64,000 nt of DNA from Bacteroidales bacterium (GCA_024401395.1 JAKSLD010000002.1:29939-93938); one strand, 5' to 3'; counted from the first letter of the stretch, positions 9,295-20,453 are shown. Program-made: numbers and translations. Notes: generated by a model not told the origin, from the sequence alone.

Positions 9295-10184
9295 GAAAGT
9301 ACATCATAATCTTAATAACCTCGGTGTGCATAGCATTGGCATCATGCACGAATGGGGGAACAAGCGACAAAACTACGGTAACTGTCTCATTGCCAGTACA
9401 AGAATACTTTGTAAAGGCCATAGCCGACACCTTATTAGATGTCAATGTAATGATACCCGTCACGGCAGGACATTCCACATACACGCCGCTACCCTCACAA
9501 CTTAGAGCACTGAGTCGGTCCGTTGCGTACCTTGCCATTGGCTCATTAGACTTTGAAATAGCGTGGAAAGAGAGACTGATGAACGCCGTAGACAAAGAAA
9601 AATTCACCTGGCGAGACCTCGACTTAACAGTACAAACCTGTTATACGTCGCATATTCACGGAGACGAAGACCACAGCACAGAAATAGAGGAAGGAGACGA
9701 AGATAACCATGAAGAACATTTGGCGAAAGATCCACACTACTGGACCTCACCGATACAAGCCAGAAAGATGTTTGAGACATTAAGCGAGGAGATAAAGAGA
9801 CAATGTGGCAAAGGTCAAGAGACCATCGACCAAAAGATAAAGGCAATCAACGACACATTGGCATATTTTGATCAAAAACTAAGACAATGCTCGGCAAAAG
9901 CCTTTATGATATACCATCCAGCATTGACCTACCTAGCCAGAGACTATGGGATGACACAGTTGACCATAGAGCAAGAAGGCAAATCCATATCGCCCAGGAA
10001 GTATGCAGAGCAGATAGAGAAAGCGAGAGAGATGGGAGTCAAGGTAGTATTCTGTCAGCAAGGCTATGACACAGAACGAGTAAGAAGTGCTGCGAACGAC
10101 CTTGGGGCGAAGATAGTAGAGATACAGCCAGAATCGAGCGACTATATAGGTACGATGAATACCATAATAGACGCCCTCAGATAG
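9291..10184 (+). CDS. znuA: Zinc ABC transporter substrate-binding lipoprotein (ZnuA/TroA family) with a His/acidic-rich loop
   Basis: Lipoprotein signal (…CIALASC). His-rich loop HIHGDEDHSTEIEEGDEDNHEEHLAKDPHYW. ATGA overlap with the LytTR gene. Confidence 0.85.
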   Translation: MRKYIIILITSVCIALASCTNGGTSDKTTVTVSLPVQEYFVKAIADTLLDVNVMIPVTAGHSTYTPLPSQLRALSRSVAYLAIGSLDFEIAWKERLMNAVDKEKFTWRDLDLTVQTCYTSHIHGDEDHSTEIEEGDEDNHEEHLAKDPHYWTSPIQARKMFETLSEEIKRQCGKGQETIDQKIKAINDTLAYFDQKLRQCSAKAFMIYHPALTYLARDYGMTQLTIEQEGKSISPRKYAEQIEKAREMGVKVVFCQQGYDTERVRSAANDLGAKIVEIQPESSDYIGTMNTIIDALR

Positions 10185-10193
10185 ACAAAACAG

Positions 10194-10883
10194 ATGGACA
10201 ACAGAGAGCCGATATTACAGATGACGGATATAACCGCCGGGTATGAGCACAAGACAGTACTGTCGAATGCCAATATCACGGTATATCCCGACAGTTTTAT
10301 TGCGCTAGTGGGTCCGAACGGAGGTGGCAAGACCACGATGATAAAGCTCATGTTAGGTCAGCTCACCCCTAACAGCGGAAGCATAAAGACAGCCGACAAC
10401 ATACATATAGGATACCTGCCCCAGATAAACGATTCAGACTTAGAGTTTCCAATATCCGTACTTGACGTCGTATTATCAGGGACAAAATGCAGATTCAGGC
10501 ATTCAAAAGAAGAGATAGCATACGCACACGAGCTGCTAAAATTCGTTCAACTAGACGAATTAGCAGGGAGACAGATAGGGCAACTATCCGGAGGACAAAG
10601 ACAGAGAGCGTTTTTGTGCAGGGCATTGATGTGCAAGCCACAGCTATTGATACTAGACGAGCCAAGTACATATATGGACAAAGACTCTACAGACAATATG
10701 TATGAGCTATTGAGCGACCTACACAAGACGATGGCGATAGTGCTAGTATCACACGACATAGACTCGATGTCGCACAGGGCGCACACGATTATCAGAGTAG
10801 ACAGGACTACGCATCTCGTATCAAATCACTATTCGACAGTCGTACCATATACACCAATAACCAAACGTTATTCATCCAACTAG
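10194..10883 (+). CDS. znuC: Metal (zinc) ABC transporter ATP-binding protein
   Basis: Walker A GPNGGGKTT. Signature LSGGQRQRAFLCRAL. Walker B LLILDEP. Confidence 0.8.
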   Translation: MDNREPILQMTDITAGYEHKTVLSNANITVYPDSFIALVGPNGGGKTTMIKLMLGQLTPNSGSIKTADNIHIGYLPQINDSDLEFPISVLDVVLSGTKCRFRHSKEEIAYAHELLKFVQLDELAGRQIGQLSGGQRQRAFLCRALMCKPQLLILDEPSTYMDKDSTDNMYELLSDLHKTMAIVLVSHDIDSMSHRAHTIIRVDRTTHLVSNHYSTVVPYTPITKRYSSN

Positions 10884-10885
10884 CA

Positions 10886-11671
10886 ATGTTGCAGTACGAA
10901 TTCATGCAAAATGCACTATGGGGAATAGTGTTGATATCGATAATAGCAGGATTTATCGGTACGGTTATCGTTGTGCGCAGGAAAGTATTCGTTGCAGGAG
11001 GCATTACCCATGCCAGTTTCGGAGGAATAGGCATTGCATACTATTTCGGCATCAATCCATTGATAGGCGCATTTCTGTTTGCCGTGACCACTGCCCTATC
11101 GATAGACATACTAGAGAGAAAATCAAAGATAAGACCAGACAGTGCCATAGCCATGCTGTGGTCATTAGGCATGGCGATAGGACTAATATTCATGTTTTTA
11201 TCGCCAGGGTACTCTGCCAACCTGATGGGCTTCATGTTTGGAGACATACTTTCTATATCCGCAGGAGACTTGATACTCTCGGGCTGTATAGCGGGAAGTA
11301 TAAGCTTGCTCGCAATTTTTTATTACAGACCACTATTATATGTATCATTCTCCCCGAGTTTTGCCAAGCTATCCGGACTAAAAGTCAACCTGATAGAGAG
11401 CATCATATCCATATTGACGGCATTAGGCATAGTAGTAGCAATAAAAGCAGTCGGCATTGTACTTGTACTATCATTATTCACCATACCACAAGCTATAGCC
11501 GGGATGTTCACCCACAACATGAAAATAATGTTCTACCTATCGACAGGGATAGCGTTGCTGGCCGGGATAGCGGGGCTCATGGCAGCATATTACATAGACC
11601 TACCAGCAGGAGCGGTCATCACAGCCACATTAGCCCTAGCTATGGTTTGCATCAAAATGTTGCGTAAGTAA
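10886..11671 (+). CDS. znuB: ABC-3 family metal transporter permease
   Basis: Polytopic membrane protein in the ZnuB/MntB position, immediately after the ATPase. Confidence 0.8.
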   Translation: MLQYEFMQNALWGIVLISIIAGFIGTVIVVRRKVFVAGGITHASFGGIGIAYYFGINPLIGAFLFAVTTALSIDILERKSKIRPDSAIAMLWSLGMAIGLIFMFLSPGYSANLMGFMFGDILSISAGDLILSGCIAGSISLLAIFYYRPLLYVSFSPSFAKLSGLKVNLIESIISILTALGIVVAIKAVGIVLVLSLFTIPQAIAGMFTHNMKIMFYLSTGIALLAGIAGLMAAYYIDLPAGAVITATLALAMVCIKMLRK

Positions 11672-11718
11672 ACATAATTAGTTATCTTTCGTAGAATATT
11701 TCAAAACTACGACTTTCT

Positions 11719-12300
11719 ATGCGACTCTTATTTCGATATATAGTTAGTATTTTTGCGATAGCACTCGCGATGACCTCGTGTCAGCGCGACAGGCAAGCCA
11801 TTATGGGTATATACAACACCCATTACTATGAAGAACACGCAGACTTTTCGGATATGGACTGTTCACTAGAACTAGACATGAGAGAAGACTTCGGGTGGTC
11901 GACTGTAGAGAACTCGACAAAGATGGCATTGACATTCCATTTCTCCGAGCCATTTGAATTTCCATCAATGAGGCTAGAATACGAAGCGACCTTCAGCGGC
12001 GAGTGGGATGTGAACGGAGACACATTATCGGTATTATTGGGAGATAATGTTGACGGTATAAAATACACATTCTTAAAATCCAATGCCAAGACACCTACCG
12101 AAGAGAGCATGGTGAGAAATATACGAGGAATGTTGGCTAAGGATTTCAAAGCAGCGAAAAACGACCCTGACAAATTGAAATTCATATTGAAATATTGCAA
12201 CTCCAAAGCCATAATCAAGTCGAACACAGAGACAGAGATGACACTAATCCCATTGGAGCAAGGCAAAAGCAAACTCATAGTAAAGAAAAAAGGGGAATGA
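11719..12300 (+). CDS. Hypothetical lipoprotein
   Basis: Lipobox …ALAMTSC. No recognisable domain. ATGA overlap with the M16 peptidase gene. Confidence 0.45.
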   Translation: MRLLFRYIVSIFAIALAMTSCQRDRQAIMGIYNTHYYEEHADFSDMDCSLELDMREDFGWSTVENSTKMALTFHFSEPFEFPSMRLEYEATFSGEWDVNGDTLSVLLGDNVDGIKYTFLKSNAKTPTEESMVRNIRGMLAKDFKAAKNDPDKLKFILKYCNSKAIIKSNTETEMTLIPLEQGKSKLIVKKKGE

Positions 12301-13547
12301 TAGAATTTGAAAAGCGCACACTCAGCAATGGATTACAAGTGGTGGTAAATGTAGACACAGACACACCACTTGCGACATTAAACATAATGTACAGGGCAGG
12401 ATCCAGGAATGAGAAGCCAGACAAGACCGGCTATGCGCACATGCTAGAACACTGTATGTTCACAGGGACAGAGAAATACCCTGATTACGACGAGTATGTA
12501 CAATCGCTATATGGAGAGAACAACGCTTATACGACTACAGATATAACAAATTACTACATTACACTTCCAGCAGAGTACATAGAACAAGCCATAGAGATAG
12601 AGGCAGACAGGATGAACAACCTAGCCCTATTTGAAGAAGGTTTTGTTGCGCAGAGGTCGGTGGTAATAGAAGAGATGAAGCAAACATCACTAAACAAGCC
12701 ATACGGAGATTTCTACCATCTGCTGAGAAAGTTGATATATAAAGAACACAGCTACAAGTGGCCAGTAATAGGTAAAGACATAAAGCATCTAGAAGAGGCT
12801 ACCAGAGAAGACCTGTTAGAATTCTACAACAGATACTACACCCCAGACAATGCGGTGGTGGTAGTATCAGGCAAGGTAGACCCCCAGAACATATTTGAGC
12901 TGGCAGAGAAATATTTCGGAGGAATAGAGAAAAAATGCAATCCTAGAGATATCCCTACAGAACCAAAGCAGACAGAAAAGAGAGAGCTACACGTAGAGAG
13001 AGACGTACCTGCGTCAAAAGTATGCGTTGCATACAACATAGGCAACCAGATAAGCAGAGACTTCTACATATCCGACCTACTGACAGACATTCTAGCAGAC
13101 GGAGATTCGGCGATGCTACCAGTAAATCTTGTCAGGAACAAACACCTGTGTGTAGACGCCAACGCATCTGTCATGGACACTATAGACCCTGGATTCATCA
13201 TGTTAACAGCGACTGCGAACGAAGAAGAAAACGCAGACAATCCGAAGTTGCTAGAGACCATTGCAGACGAGTTGAGGAATATACTACTCACATTGCCAGA
13301 AAAACTGACAGACTACGACTTTGAGAAAGTCAAGAACAGAGCGATAGTTGCTAAGACATTCCAGCAGATAAAGACACAAGACAAAGCGCCATCGTTGGCA
13401 TTAGGGTCATTATTAGGAGACACGAACCTTGTGAATACAGATTATGACAAATTTGCGAGTGTGACAGCGCAAGAGATAGCGGAGTTCATAAAGAGGACAG
13501 TAGTACCCGATAACGAATGTGTGTTATACTATCATAAAAAGATGTGA
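12297..13547 (+). CDS. M16 (pitrilysin/insulinase) family zinc peptidase
   Basis: Inverted zinc-binding motif HMLEH (HxxEH) near the N-terminus. Start trimmed from a TTG at 12195 to the ATG at 12297. Confidence 0.8.
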   Translation: MIEFEKRTLSNGLQVVVNVDTDTPLATLNIMYRAGSRNEKPDKTGYAHMLEHCMFTGTEKYPDYDEYVQSLYGENNAYTTTDITNYYITLPAEYIEQAIEIEADRMNNLALFEEGFVAQRSVVIEEMKQTSLNKPYGDFYHLLRKLIYKEHSYKWPVIGKDIKHLEEATREDLLEFYNRYYTPDNAVVVVSGKVDPQNIFELAEKYFGGIEKKCNPRDIPTEPKQTEKRELHVERDVPASKVCVAYNIGNQISRDFYISDLLTDILADGDSAMLPVNLVRNKHLCVDANASVMDTIDPGFIMLTATANEEENADNPKLLETIADELRNILLTLPEKLTDYDFEKVKNRAIVAKTFQQIKTQDKAPSLALGSLLGDTNLVNTDYDKFASVTAQEIAEFIKRTVVPDNECVLYYHKKM

Positions 13548-13580
13548 GATTGCAATTAAATAGCTATCTTTGTGCTCAAT

Positions 13581-14375
13581 ATGAAAGCACAGCACATCAC
13601 AATTATTGGCGGTGGCAATATGGGTGGAGCCATAGCCAAAGGCATTGTTGCATCAAACTTATCAGATGCAAAGAACATAACAGTAACTCGCAGAACTGCG
13701 TCGGCACTTGCTGACTGGCAGTCGAAGGGTTATAAAACCAGCACAGACAACAAGGAGGCTGTACGCGAAGCTGATATAATAGTATTCGCGGTTAAGCCAT
13801 ACCTTATTATGGATGTCATTGCGGAGATAAAAGAGTCTATCAATCCGAAGGCGCTCTGTATCTCTGTAGCGACAGGAGTCTCGTTGGCGCAATTGGAAGG
13901 TGCACTTCCAAAAGGCATGGCCATTGTGCGTGCTATGCCAAACACTGCCGCAGAGGTAGGAGAGTCGGTAACCGCACTCTGTCCATTCAATGTTACAGAA
14001 GAGCAACTGGCAGATGCTCAAGAGATATTTTCAAAGATGGGTTTAGCTATCGTGATAGAAGAGGCAAAGATGCCAGCTATCACAGCGTTAGCTTCTTGTG
14101 GTATTGCCCACGCATTGCGTTTTATCAGAGCTATGATGGAAGCAGGCATTGAGATGGGCTTGACAAGCAAGCAATCGGCAGAGATAGCAGCTCAGACAGC
14201 TAAGGGTGCAGCTCAGCTTATCCTTACTAACGGATCACACCCCGAGGTAGAAGTTGACAAAGTATGCACTCCCGCAGGGGTAACTATTACAGGTATCAAT
14301 GCGATGGAGCATGCAGGCTTTACATCGGCCGTTATTAAGGGCATTATGGGCTCATTCAACAAGATTAAGAGTTAA
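13581..14375 (+). CDS. proC: Pyrroline-5-carboxylate reductase
   Basis: N-terminal NADP Rossmann motif ITIIGGGNMGGAIAKG and ProC C-terminal dimerisation domain. Context with proB and proA. Confidence 0.85.
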   Translation: MKAQHITIIGGGNMGGAIAKGIVASNLSDAKNITVTRRTASALADWQSKGYKTSTDNKEAVREADIIVFAVKPYLIMDVIAEIKESINPKALCISVATGVSLAQLEGALPKGMAIVRAMPNTAAEVGESVTALCPFNVTEEQLADAQEIFSKMGLAIVIEEAKMPAITALASCGIAHALRFIRAMMEAGIEMGLTSKQSAEIAAQTAKGAAQLILTNGSHPEVEVDKVCTPAGVTITGINAMEHAGFTSAVIKGIMGSFNKIKS

Positions 14376-14404
14376 GACTCTTTATTTAGCTGTGTAAAAA
14401 TATC

Positions 14405-15496
14405 ATGGACATAACAATAAAGATAGGTTCCAACGTACTCACCAATACAGATGGCACTTTGCACGTAGAGCGAATGAAATCGCTAGCGGCACAGATAGCC
14501 AAGCTACATGAGGAAGGAAACAGAATAATACTTGTCTCTTCAGGAGCCATGGCAGCAGGCAGAAGCATACTGAAGGGATATGAGCAGATGGACGCTGTAA
14601 GTCAGCGCCAGTTGCTCTCCAGTGTTGGTCAGGTCAAGTTGATTGACACATGGAAACAGATATTTGATGCTCACAACATCAATATAGGTCAGTTATTGGC
14701 CACAAAGAACGACTTTGGTTCGCGAGAGCACTATCTCAATATGAAGAACTGCGTTCAATCACTATGGGAGAACAAAGTATTACCTATTGTGAATGAGAAC
14801 GACACAGTTTCGGTAACAGCCTTGATGTTTACTGATAATGATGAACTATCAGGATTGATGGCGAGTATGATGGACTGTCAGAAGCTATTTATCCTCAGCA
14901 ACATCAACGGCATATACAACGGCAATCCACAAGACCCGCAAGCAAAAGTAATCACAGAGATACAAGCAGGCAAGAGCGTTGCCGAGTACGTACAGACCAC
15001 CAAATCCTCATTCGGTCGTGGTGGTATGGTTACAAAATGCCGCACAGCAGAAAAGACAGCCGGGTATGGCATTCACGTGTACATAGCAAATGGTACGTCT
15101 GAGAATGTGATTACCAGGCTTGCTACAGAAGACCCAGAATTTCCACGCACGCACTTCCAGCCAGGAGAACACAGTCCGGCCATCAAGAAATGGATTGCGT
15201 ACTCCGAAGGATTCACGAAGGCGAATGTTGTGATAAACGAAGGAGCTGTCAATGCTCTTAACGACCATAAAAAAGCTGCCAGTCTGCTGGTAGCCGGAGT
15301 AGTAAGATTTGAGGGCGGAGAATTCAAGACAGGCGACCTACTCACTATTGTCAATGAAAAAGGTGAGAAGATAGGAGTCGGCAAATCCAACTACGATAGA
15401 GACAAGGCGATGAAAGCCATTGAAGCTATCAGAGAATTAGGATTAAAGGGAGGTATCAAGCCATTGATACATTACGATTATCTCTGCGTATTCTAA
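14405..15496 (+). CDS. proB: Glutamate 5-kinase with C-terminal PUA domain
   Basis: Amino-acid kinase fold (IILVSSGAMAAG) plus a PUA-like C-terminus. Confidence 0.9.
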   Translation: MDITIKIGSNVLTNTDGTLHVERMKSLAAQIAKLHEEGNRIILVSSGAMAAGRSILKGYEQMDAVSQRQLLSSVGQVKLIDTWKQIFDAHNINIGQLLATKNDFGSREHYLNMKNCVQSLWENKVLPIVNENDTVSVTALMFTDNDELSGLMASMMDCQKLFILSNINGIYNGNPQDPQAKVITEIQAGKSVAEYVQTTKSSFGRGGMVTKCRTAEKTAGYGIHVYIANGTSENVITRLATEDPEFPRTHFQPGEHSPAIKKWIAYSEGFTKANVVINEGAVNALNDHKKAASLLVAGVVRFEGGEFKTGDLLTIVNEKGEKIGVGKSNYDRDKAMKAIEAIRELGLKGGIKPLIHYDYLCVF

Positions 15497-15519
15497 AAAC
15501 ATATTAATTCATCACGATT

Positions 15520-16770
15520 ATGTCACACACATTAGAGCAATTAAAAGCCGTAAAAGAGGCTTCAAGATATATGGTCAACTTGACAGCAGACAAGTCGACC
15601 AACCTTCTCAATGCCATAGCAGATGCACTAGAGGCAAATAGTGCTGCAATTCTGGAAGCCAATGCCAAGGATTTGAGCAGAATGGATAAAGAGAATCCTA
15701 ATTACGACCGTCTTAAACTCACAGACGAGCGAATTAAGGGCATAGCAGAAGACACACGCAAGGTAGCCATACTTCCAGCACCTTGTGGAGAAGAGCTAGA
15801 GCAAAAGACACTTCCAAACGGGCTTGTACTACGTAAGGTACGTGTACCACTAGGCAATATAGGAGTAATATATGAGGCACGACCAAACGTTACTGTTGAT
15901 GTAGCTACACTCTGTCTGCGGTCGGGCAATGCTGTTGTACTCAAAGGAAGTAAGGATGCTCATGACAGCAATGTTGTACTTGTAAAGATTATGCACGACG
16001 TGCTCAAGTCGCAAGGTATACCTACGGATATACTTCAACTATTGGATCCTGCGCATGATGCAGCAGACGAGTTGATGGCGGCTGTGAACTATGTTGACGT
16101 TTTGATACCAAGAGGTTCTCAGAGACTTATCAGAGCTGTACGAGAGCAAGCCAAGGTTCCTGTGATAGAGACAGGCGCAGGTGTAGTTCATACATATTTT
16201 GATGTAGACGGCGATCTGACGATTGCTACAAACTGCGTTGACAACGCAAAGACAAGACGTGTAAGCGTCTGCAACGCATTGGATTGTCTCATCATACATA
16301 AAGACAGGCTCAATGACCTTGCTACATTAGCCAAGCCACTTGCGGAGAAAGGCGTAGAGATATTTGCTGATGAGAGAGCACATACGGCATTGAAGTCGAC
16401 ATATCCTGCAGGATTGCTACATGAGGCAGAAGAATCAGATTTCGGCAGAGAATTTCTTTCGATGAAGATGGCTATCAAGACTGTGGACAATGTAGATGGT
16501 GCTCTTGACCATATATATAAGTACAGTTTGAAGCATTCTGAGGCTATTGTGACTAACAACGAAGCCACTGCTGCAAGATTTGAGAAAGAAGTAGATGCTG
16601 CGTGCGTTTATGTCAATGCTCCTACATCATTTACTGACGGTGCTCAGTTCGGTCTTGGTGCAGAGATAGGCATTTCCACACAAAAGCTACACGCAAGAGG
16701 TCCGATGGCACTCAAAGAGTTGACAAGCTACAAGTGGCTTATCAGGGGTAATGGTCAGATAAGAAAATAA
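15520..16770 (+). CDS. proA: Gamma-glutamyl phosphate reductase (glutamate-5-semialdehyde dehydrogenase)
   Basis: Aldehyde dehydrogenase fold with ProA length (416 aa) and context. Confidence 0.9.
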   Translation: MSHTLEQLKAVKEASRYMVNLTADKSTNLLNAIADALEANSAAILEANAKDLSRMDKENPNYDRLKLTDERIKGIAEDTRKVAILPAPCGEELEQKTLPNGLVLRKVRVPLGNIGVIYEARPNVTVDVATLCLRSGNAVVLKGSKDAHDSNVVLVKIMHDVLKSQGIPTDILQLLDPAHDAADELMAAVNYVDVLIPRGSQRLIRAVREQAKVPVIETGAGVVHTYFDVDGDLTIATNCVDNAKTRRVSVCNALDCLIIHKDRLNDLATLAKPLAEKGVEIFADERAHTALKSTYPAGLLHEAEESDFGREFLSMKMAIKTVDNVDGALDHIYKYSLKHSEAIVTNNEATAARFEKEVDAACVYVNAPTSFTDGAQFGLGAEIGISTQKLHARGPMALKELTSYKWLIRGNGQIRK

Positions 16771-16777
16771 GAGTGAT

Positions 16778-17380
16778 ATGAGAATATCAATTATCAAATA
16801 TAATGCTGGTAATATCAGGTCGGTAGCCAATGCGTTGCAGCGCATAGGCTGTACAGATGTAGAAATTACCGATGATATAGAAAAGCTACGCACGGCAGAT
16901 AAGGTTATTTTTCCAGGAGTAGGAGAAGCATCCACAACAATGGCAAATCTCAGAGCCACTGGGTTGGACAAGGTAATTCTGGATTTGAAGCAGCCTGTAT
17001 TGGGTATTTGTCTTGGTATGCAGCTTATGTGCAGTCACTCGGACGAAGGAAATGCCGACGGCCTTGGCATTTTCCCAGTTGACGTAAAGAGATTCCAGTT
17101 ACCAGAAGACAACAGCCTCAACTATAAGATTCCACAGATGGGATGGAATTCCATTTCGAATTTGAAGAGTGCTATCTTCTCGCCAGAGATGGAGAACCAG
17201 TATGTATATTTCGTGCATAGCTATTATGCTGAATTATGTGAATACACAGCAGCTCAGACTGAGCACGTGATAAGATACAGTTCAGCGCTTGCTCGCAATA
17301 ATTTTTATGCGACACAATTCCACCCAGAGAAATCGGGAAGTGTCGGCGAAGGGATACTTAGAAACTTCATTAACCTATGA
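16778..17380 (+). CDS. hisH: Imidazole glycerol phosphate synthase, glutamine amidotransferase subunit
   Basis: Class I GATase (GICLGMQLM; catalytic H and E near the C-terminus). Confidence 0.9.
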   Translation: MRISIIKYNAGNIRSVANALQRIGCTDVEITDDIEKLRTADKVIFPGVGEASTTMANLRATGLDKVILDLKQPVLGICLGMQLMCSHSDEGNADGLGIFPVDVKRFQLPEDNSLNYKIPQMGWNSISNLKSAIFSPEMENQYVYFVHSYYAELCEYTAAQTEHVIRYSSALARNNFYATQFHPEKSGSVGEGILRNFINL

Positions 17381-18105
17381 TAGAGATAATTCCTGCTATA
17401 GATATGATAGAAGGACGCTGCGTCCGACTGTCGAAAGGTGATTACAACACCAAGAAGGTTTACAATGAAGACCCAAGTGAGGTAGCGCGTATGTTTGAAG
17501 ATGCCGGCATCAAGAGACTACACGTTGTAGACCTTGACGGTGCTAAAGCCGGACATATTGTCAATCATAAGGCCTTAGAAAAGATCACAAAGTCGACCAA
17601 CCTCATCGTAGATTTCGGTGGAGGATTGAAGACAACAGAAGACCTCAATATAGCCTTTGAGTGCGGAGCGCAAATGGTTACCGGAGGTTCGATAGCCATA
17701 AAGAAGCCAGAAGAATTCTGCTCTTGGATAGAAAAATTCGGAGGAGAGAAGATAATTCTTGGTGCCGATGCCAAAAACAAGAAGATAGCCGTAACAGGTT
17801 GGCTAGAAGATACAGATGCAGAACTTATTCCATTTATCAATCAATATGTAGATAAGGGGATAAAGAAAGTGATCTGTACAGACATTTCCAAAGACGGCAT
17901 GCTTCAGGGGCCTAATACAGAGCTATATAAAGAGATTATGGCTGCGCAACCAGGGTTGTGGCTCATAGCCTCAGGCGGTGTAAGCTGCAATGACGACATA
18001 GCCAAACTTGACGAAGCAGGAATACCAGCAGTCATAATGGGCAAGGCTATTTATGAAGGCAAGATCACTATGGCTCAGCTAACAAGTTGGGTAGATAAAC
18101 AATAA
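17377..18105 (+). CDS. hisA: ProFAR isomerase
   Basis: HisA/HisF TIM-barrel ([15 protein letters not shown]). ATGA overlap with hisH. Confidence 0.9.
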   Translation: MIEIIPAIDMIEGRCVRLSKGDYNTKKVYNEDPSEVARMFEDAGIKRLHVVDLDGAKAGHIVNHKALEKITKSTNLIVDFGGGLKTTEDLNIAFECGAQMVTGGSIAIKKPEEFCSWIEKFGGEKIILGADAKNKKIAVTGWLEDTDAELIPFINQYVDKGIKKVICTDISKDGMLQGPNTELYKEIMAAQPGLWLIASGGVSCNDDIAKLDEAGIPAVIMGKAIYEGKITMAQLTSWVDKQ

Positions 18106-18138
18106 AGCATTAACTTTGTAACACAATCAGTCTACAAT

Positions 18139-18897
18139 ATGTTAGCAAAACGAATAGTACCCTGCTTAGATATACGCAACGGCAAAACCGTCAAGGGAGT
18201 CAACTTCGAGAACATACGCGAGGTAGGAGACCCTGTAGAACTTGGTGCGTGGTATGCAGAGCAAGGAGCAGACGAGCTAGTATTTCTAGACATTACAGCC
18301 TCGCATGAAGAGCGCAAGACCTTTCCAGACCTTGTGAACCGCATAGCAAAGGGTGTCAATATACCATTTACCGTTGGTGGAGGCATATCAGAACTTTCGG
18401 ATGCCGATATGCTACTCAATGCAGGCGCTGACAAGATATCCATCAATTCATCAGCTGTAAGAAATCCACAGTTGGTAAGTGACATGGCAAAGAATTTCGG
18501 TTCCCAGTTTGTGGTAGTTGCTATAGATGCAAAGCTGAATCCAGAGACAGGATTATGGGATGTGATGGTAAAAGGCGGTCGTGAGCGCACAGAAAAAGAG
18601 CTCTTTTCGTGGGCCAAAGAGGTACAAGAGAGAGGAGCCGGCGAGATACTCTTCACGTCGATGCTACACGACGGCACTAAGGCAGGATTTGCCAACAAAG
18701 AATTGGCAAGACTTTCGAGAGAACTCTCGATACCAGTAATTGCCTCAGGCGGAGCTGGCAAGATGGAACACTTTGTAGACGTATTCAATGAAGGTATGGC
18801 AGATGCGGCATTAGCTGCCTCGATATTCCATTTCAAGGAGATTATGATACCAGATTTGAAGAACTACCTAAGACAGAACAATATTTTAGTCAGATAA
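18139..18897 (+). CDS. hisF: Imidazole glycerol phosphate synthase cyclase subunit
   Basis: [18 protein letters not shown]; HisF TIM-barrel. Confidence 0.9.
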   Translation: MLAKRIVPCLDIRNGKTVKGVNFENIREVGDPVELGAWYAEQGADELVFLDITASHEERKTFPDLVNRIAKGVNIPFTVGGGISELSDADMLLNAGADKISINSSAVRNPQLVSDMAKNFGSQFVVVAIDAKLNPETGLWDVMVKGGRERTEKELFSWAKEVQERGAGEILFTSMLHDGTKAGFANKELARLSRELSIPVIASGGAGKMEHFVDVFNEGMADAALAASIFHFKEIMIPDLKNYLRQNNILVR

Positions 18898-18920
18898 TAA
18901 TATCATAAAGATATATAACA

Positions 18921-19514
18921 ATGTTAGATTACAAGAAGAACTCAGACGGATTAGTTCCTGCTATCATTCAAGATGCCAACACAGGCAAAGTGCTTATGCT
19001 TGGATATATGAATGAAGAGGCCTACAACAAGACAGTAGCTGAGAAGAAAGTAACATTCTGGAGCCGTACACGTCAGACACTTTGGACAAAGGGAGAGACA
19101 AGCGGCAATTTCCTCAATGTTGTATCAATCGCAGAAGATTGCGATAACGACACACTACTCATCAAGGTTAATCCAGTAGGACCTGTTTGTCATACAGGCA
19201 CAGACACATGCTGGGGCGAGGACAACAAGATGGAAGGCGTGATGTTCCTCAAGGAGCTTCAAGACTTCATTGACAAACGTCATGAAGAGATGCCAGAAGG
19301 CTCATACACTACATCACTTTTCCAGAAAGGCACAAACAAGATAGCGAAGAAACTCGGAGAAGAAGCCGTAGAGGCTGTTATCGGAGCCATGGCAAACGAT
19401 GACGAGAACTTCCTATATGAGTGTGCAGACGTTCTCTATCACATGATAGTACTCCTTACACACAAGGGTTACCGTATTGAGGACGTAGTTGCAGAACTTA
19501 AGTCGCGACATTAA
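18921..19514 (+). CDS. hisI: Bifunctional phosphoribosyl-AMP cyclohydrolase / phosphoribosyl-ATP pyrophosphatase
   Basis: HisI N-terminal half (C…CHTGTDTCW) and HisE C-terminal half. Confidence 0.9.
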   Translation: MLDYKKNSDGLVPAIIQDANTGKVLMLGYMNEEAYNKTVAEKKVTFWSRTRQTLWTKGETSGNFLNVVSIAEDCDNDTLLIKVNPVGPVCHTGTDTCWGEDNKMEGVMFLKELQDFIDKRHEEMPEGSYTTSLFQKGTNKIAKKLGEEAVEAVIGAMANDDENFLYECADVLYHMIVLLTHKGYRIEDVVAELKSRH

Positions 19515-19524
19515 TAGTAAGTTA

Positions 19525-20073
19525 ATGACGATAAATCCTATAGATGTCATAAGTCAGTATTATGAAAAAGATACTGACTTATGGCATATTCTTATTGAAC
19601 ACTCCGAGGCTGTTGCGGAGTTAGCATTACAGATAGTAGACAAACACCCAGAGTTAAAAGCAGACAGGCAGTTTGTCTATGAGGGTGCCATGCTACATGA
19701 CATTGGCATTATCAAGACAGATGCTCCTGGCATACAATGTTATGGAGAGGCTCCATATATATGTCACGGCACCTTAGGAGCAGAGATGTTAAGGTCGCGA
19801 GGTTTGGATAGGCACGCGCTAGTATGCGAGCGACACACTGGAGCCGGACTATCACGAGAAGATATTGTCAACCAGAATTTGCCTATACCACACAAAGATT
19901 TTCTGCCTGTTACTGTAGAAGAACAGATAATCTGCTATGCCGACAAATTTTTCAGCAAGAGCAGAGAATTGAGGAAGCAGAAAGAATTTGAGCATGTTCT
20001 AAGGTCAGTATCCAAGTATGGAGAAGAATCTGGGAAGAGATTTATGGCGATGCATGAGAAATTCAGAGTGTAG
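19525..20073 (+). CDS. HD-domain phosphohydrolase
   Basis: HD motif (AMLHDIGIIK; HGTLGAEML). Start set at the ATG at 19525; the track starts at a TTG at 19489. Confidence 0.65.
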   Translation: MTINPIDVISQYYEKDTDLWHILIEHSEAVAELALQIVDKHPELKADRQFVYEGAMLHDIGIIKTDAPGIQCYGEAPYICHGTLGAEMLRSRGLDRHALVCERHTGAGLSREDIVNQNLPIPHKDFLPVTVEEQIICYADKFFSKSRELRKQKEFEHVLRSVSKYGEESGKRFMAMHEKFRV

Positions 20074-20093
20074 AATCATAAAAATGATATGCT

Positions 20094-20453
20094 ATGGCTT
20101 GGCTTAATCAGATGCTAGGGATATACAATTTCTTTATTGGATTATATTTCGCATTAGAATTATCAGGGTCACTATGGCATAAATCGGCACTATATATACA
20201 ATATGGAGGGTTAGGGTTGCTGGGGCATTTCGGCATTCCTGCCTTTTTATTTTTAATAACCGGAGCTCTATTGTATTTCTATAAGAAGAGTCTTATTGTT
20301 TCATGTCTATGGACATTTCCGTTAGCGTATACTGTTTGCAGCATATTCTTTTTCAAGGGAGACTTTGATTGGTCGTGGGGGATACCAGCGGCAATATGCT
20401 TGGGGAATATTGCAGTGATGAAACCAGAAGCACTAAACGTTAGTAGATTTTAG
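20094..20453 (+). CDS. Hypothetical small membrane protein
   Basis: Four predicted TM helices. No recognisable domain. Confidence 0.35.
   Translation: MAWLNQMLGIYNFFIGLYFALELSGSLWHKSALYIQYGGLGLLGHFGIPAFLFLITGALLYFYKKSLIVSCLWTFPLAYTVCSIFFFKGDFDWSWGIPAAICLGNIAVMKPEALNVSRF

Noticed and set aside
10918-11667. 249-aa alternative-frame ORF overlapping znuB on the same strand
   Set aside because: It is Arg/His-rich low-complexity translation of a membrane-protein gene in the wrong frame. The znuB frame has clear ABC-3 permease character.
18132-18836. 234-aa minus-strand ORF overlapping hisF
   Set aside because: Antisense to a highly conserved hisF. It is a low-complexity Ser/Ala/Pro-rich translation.
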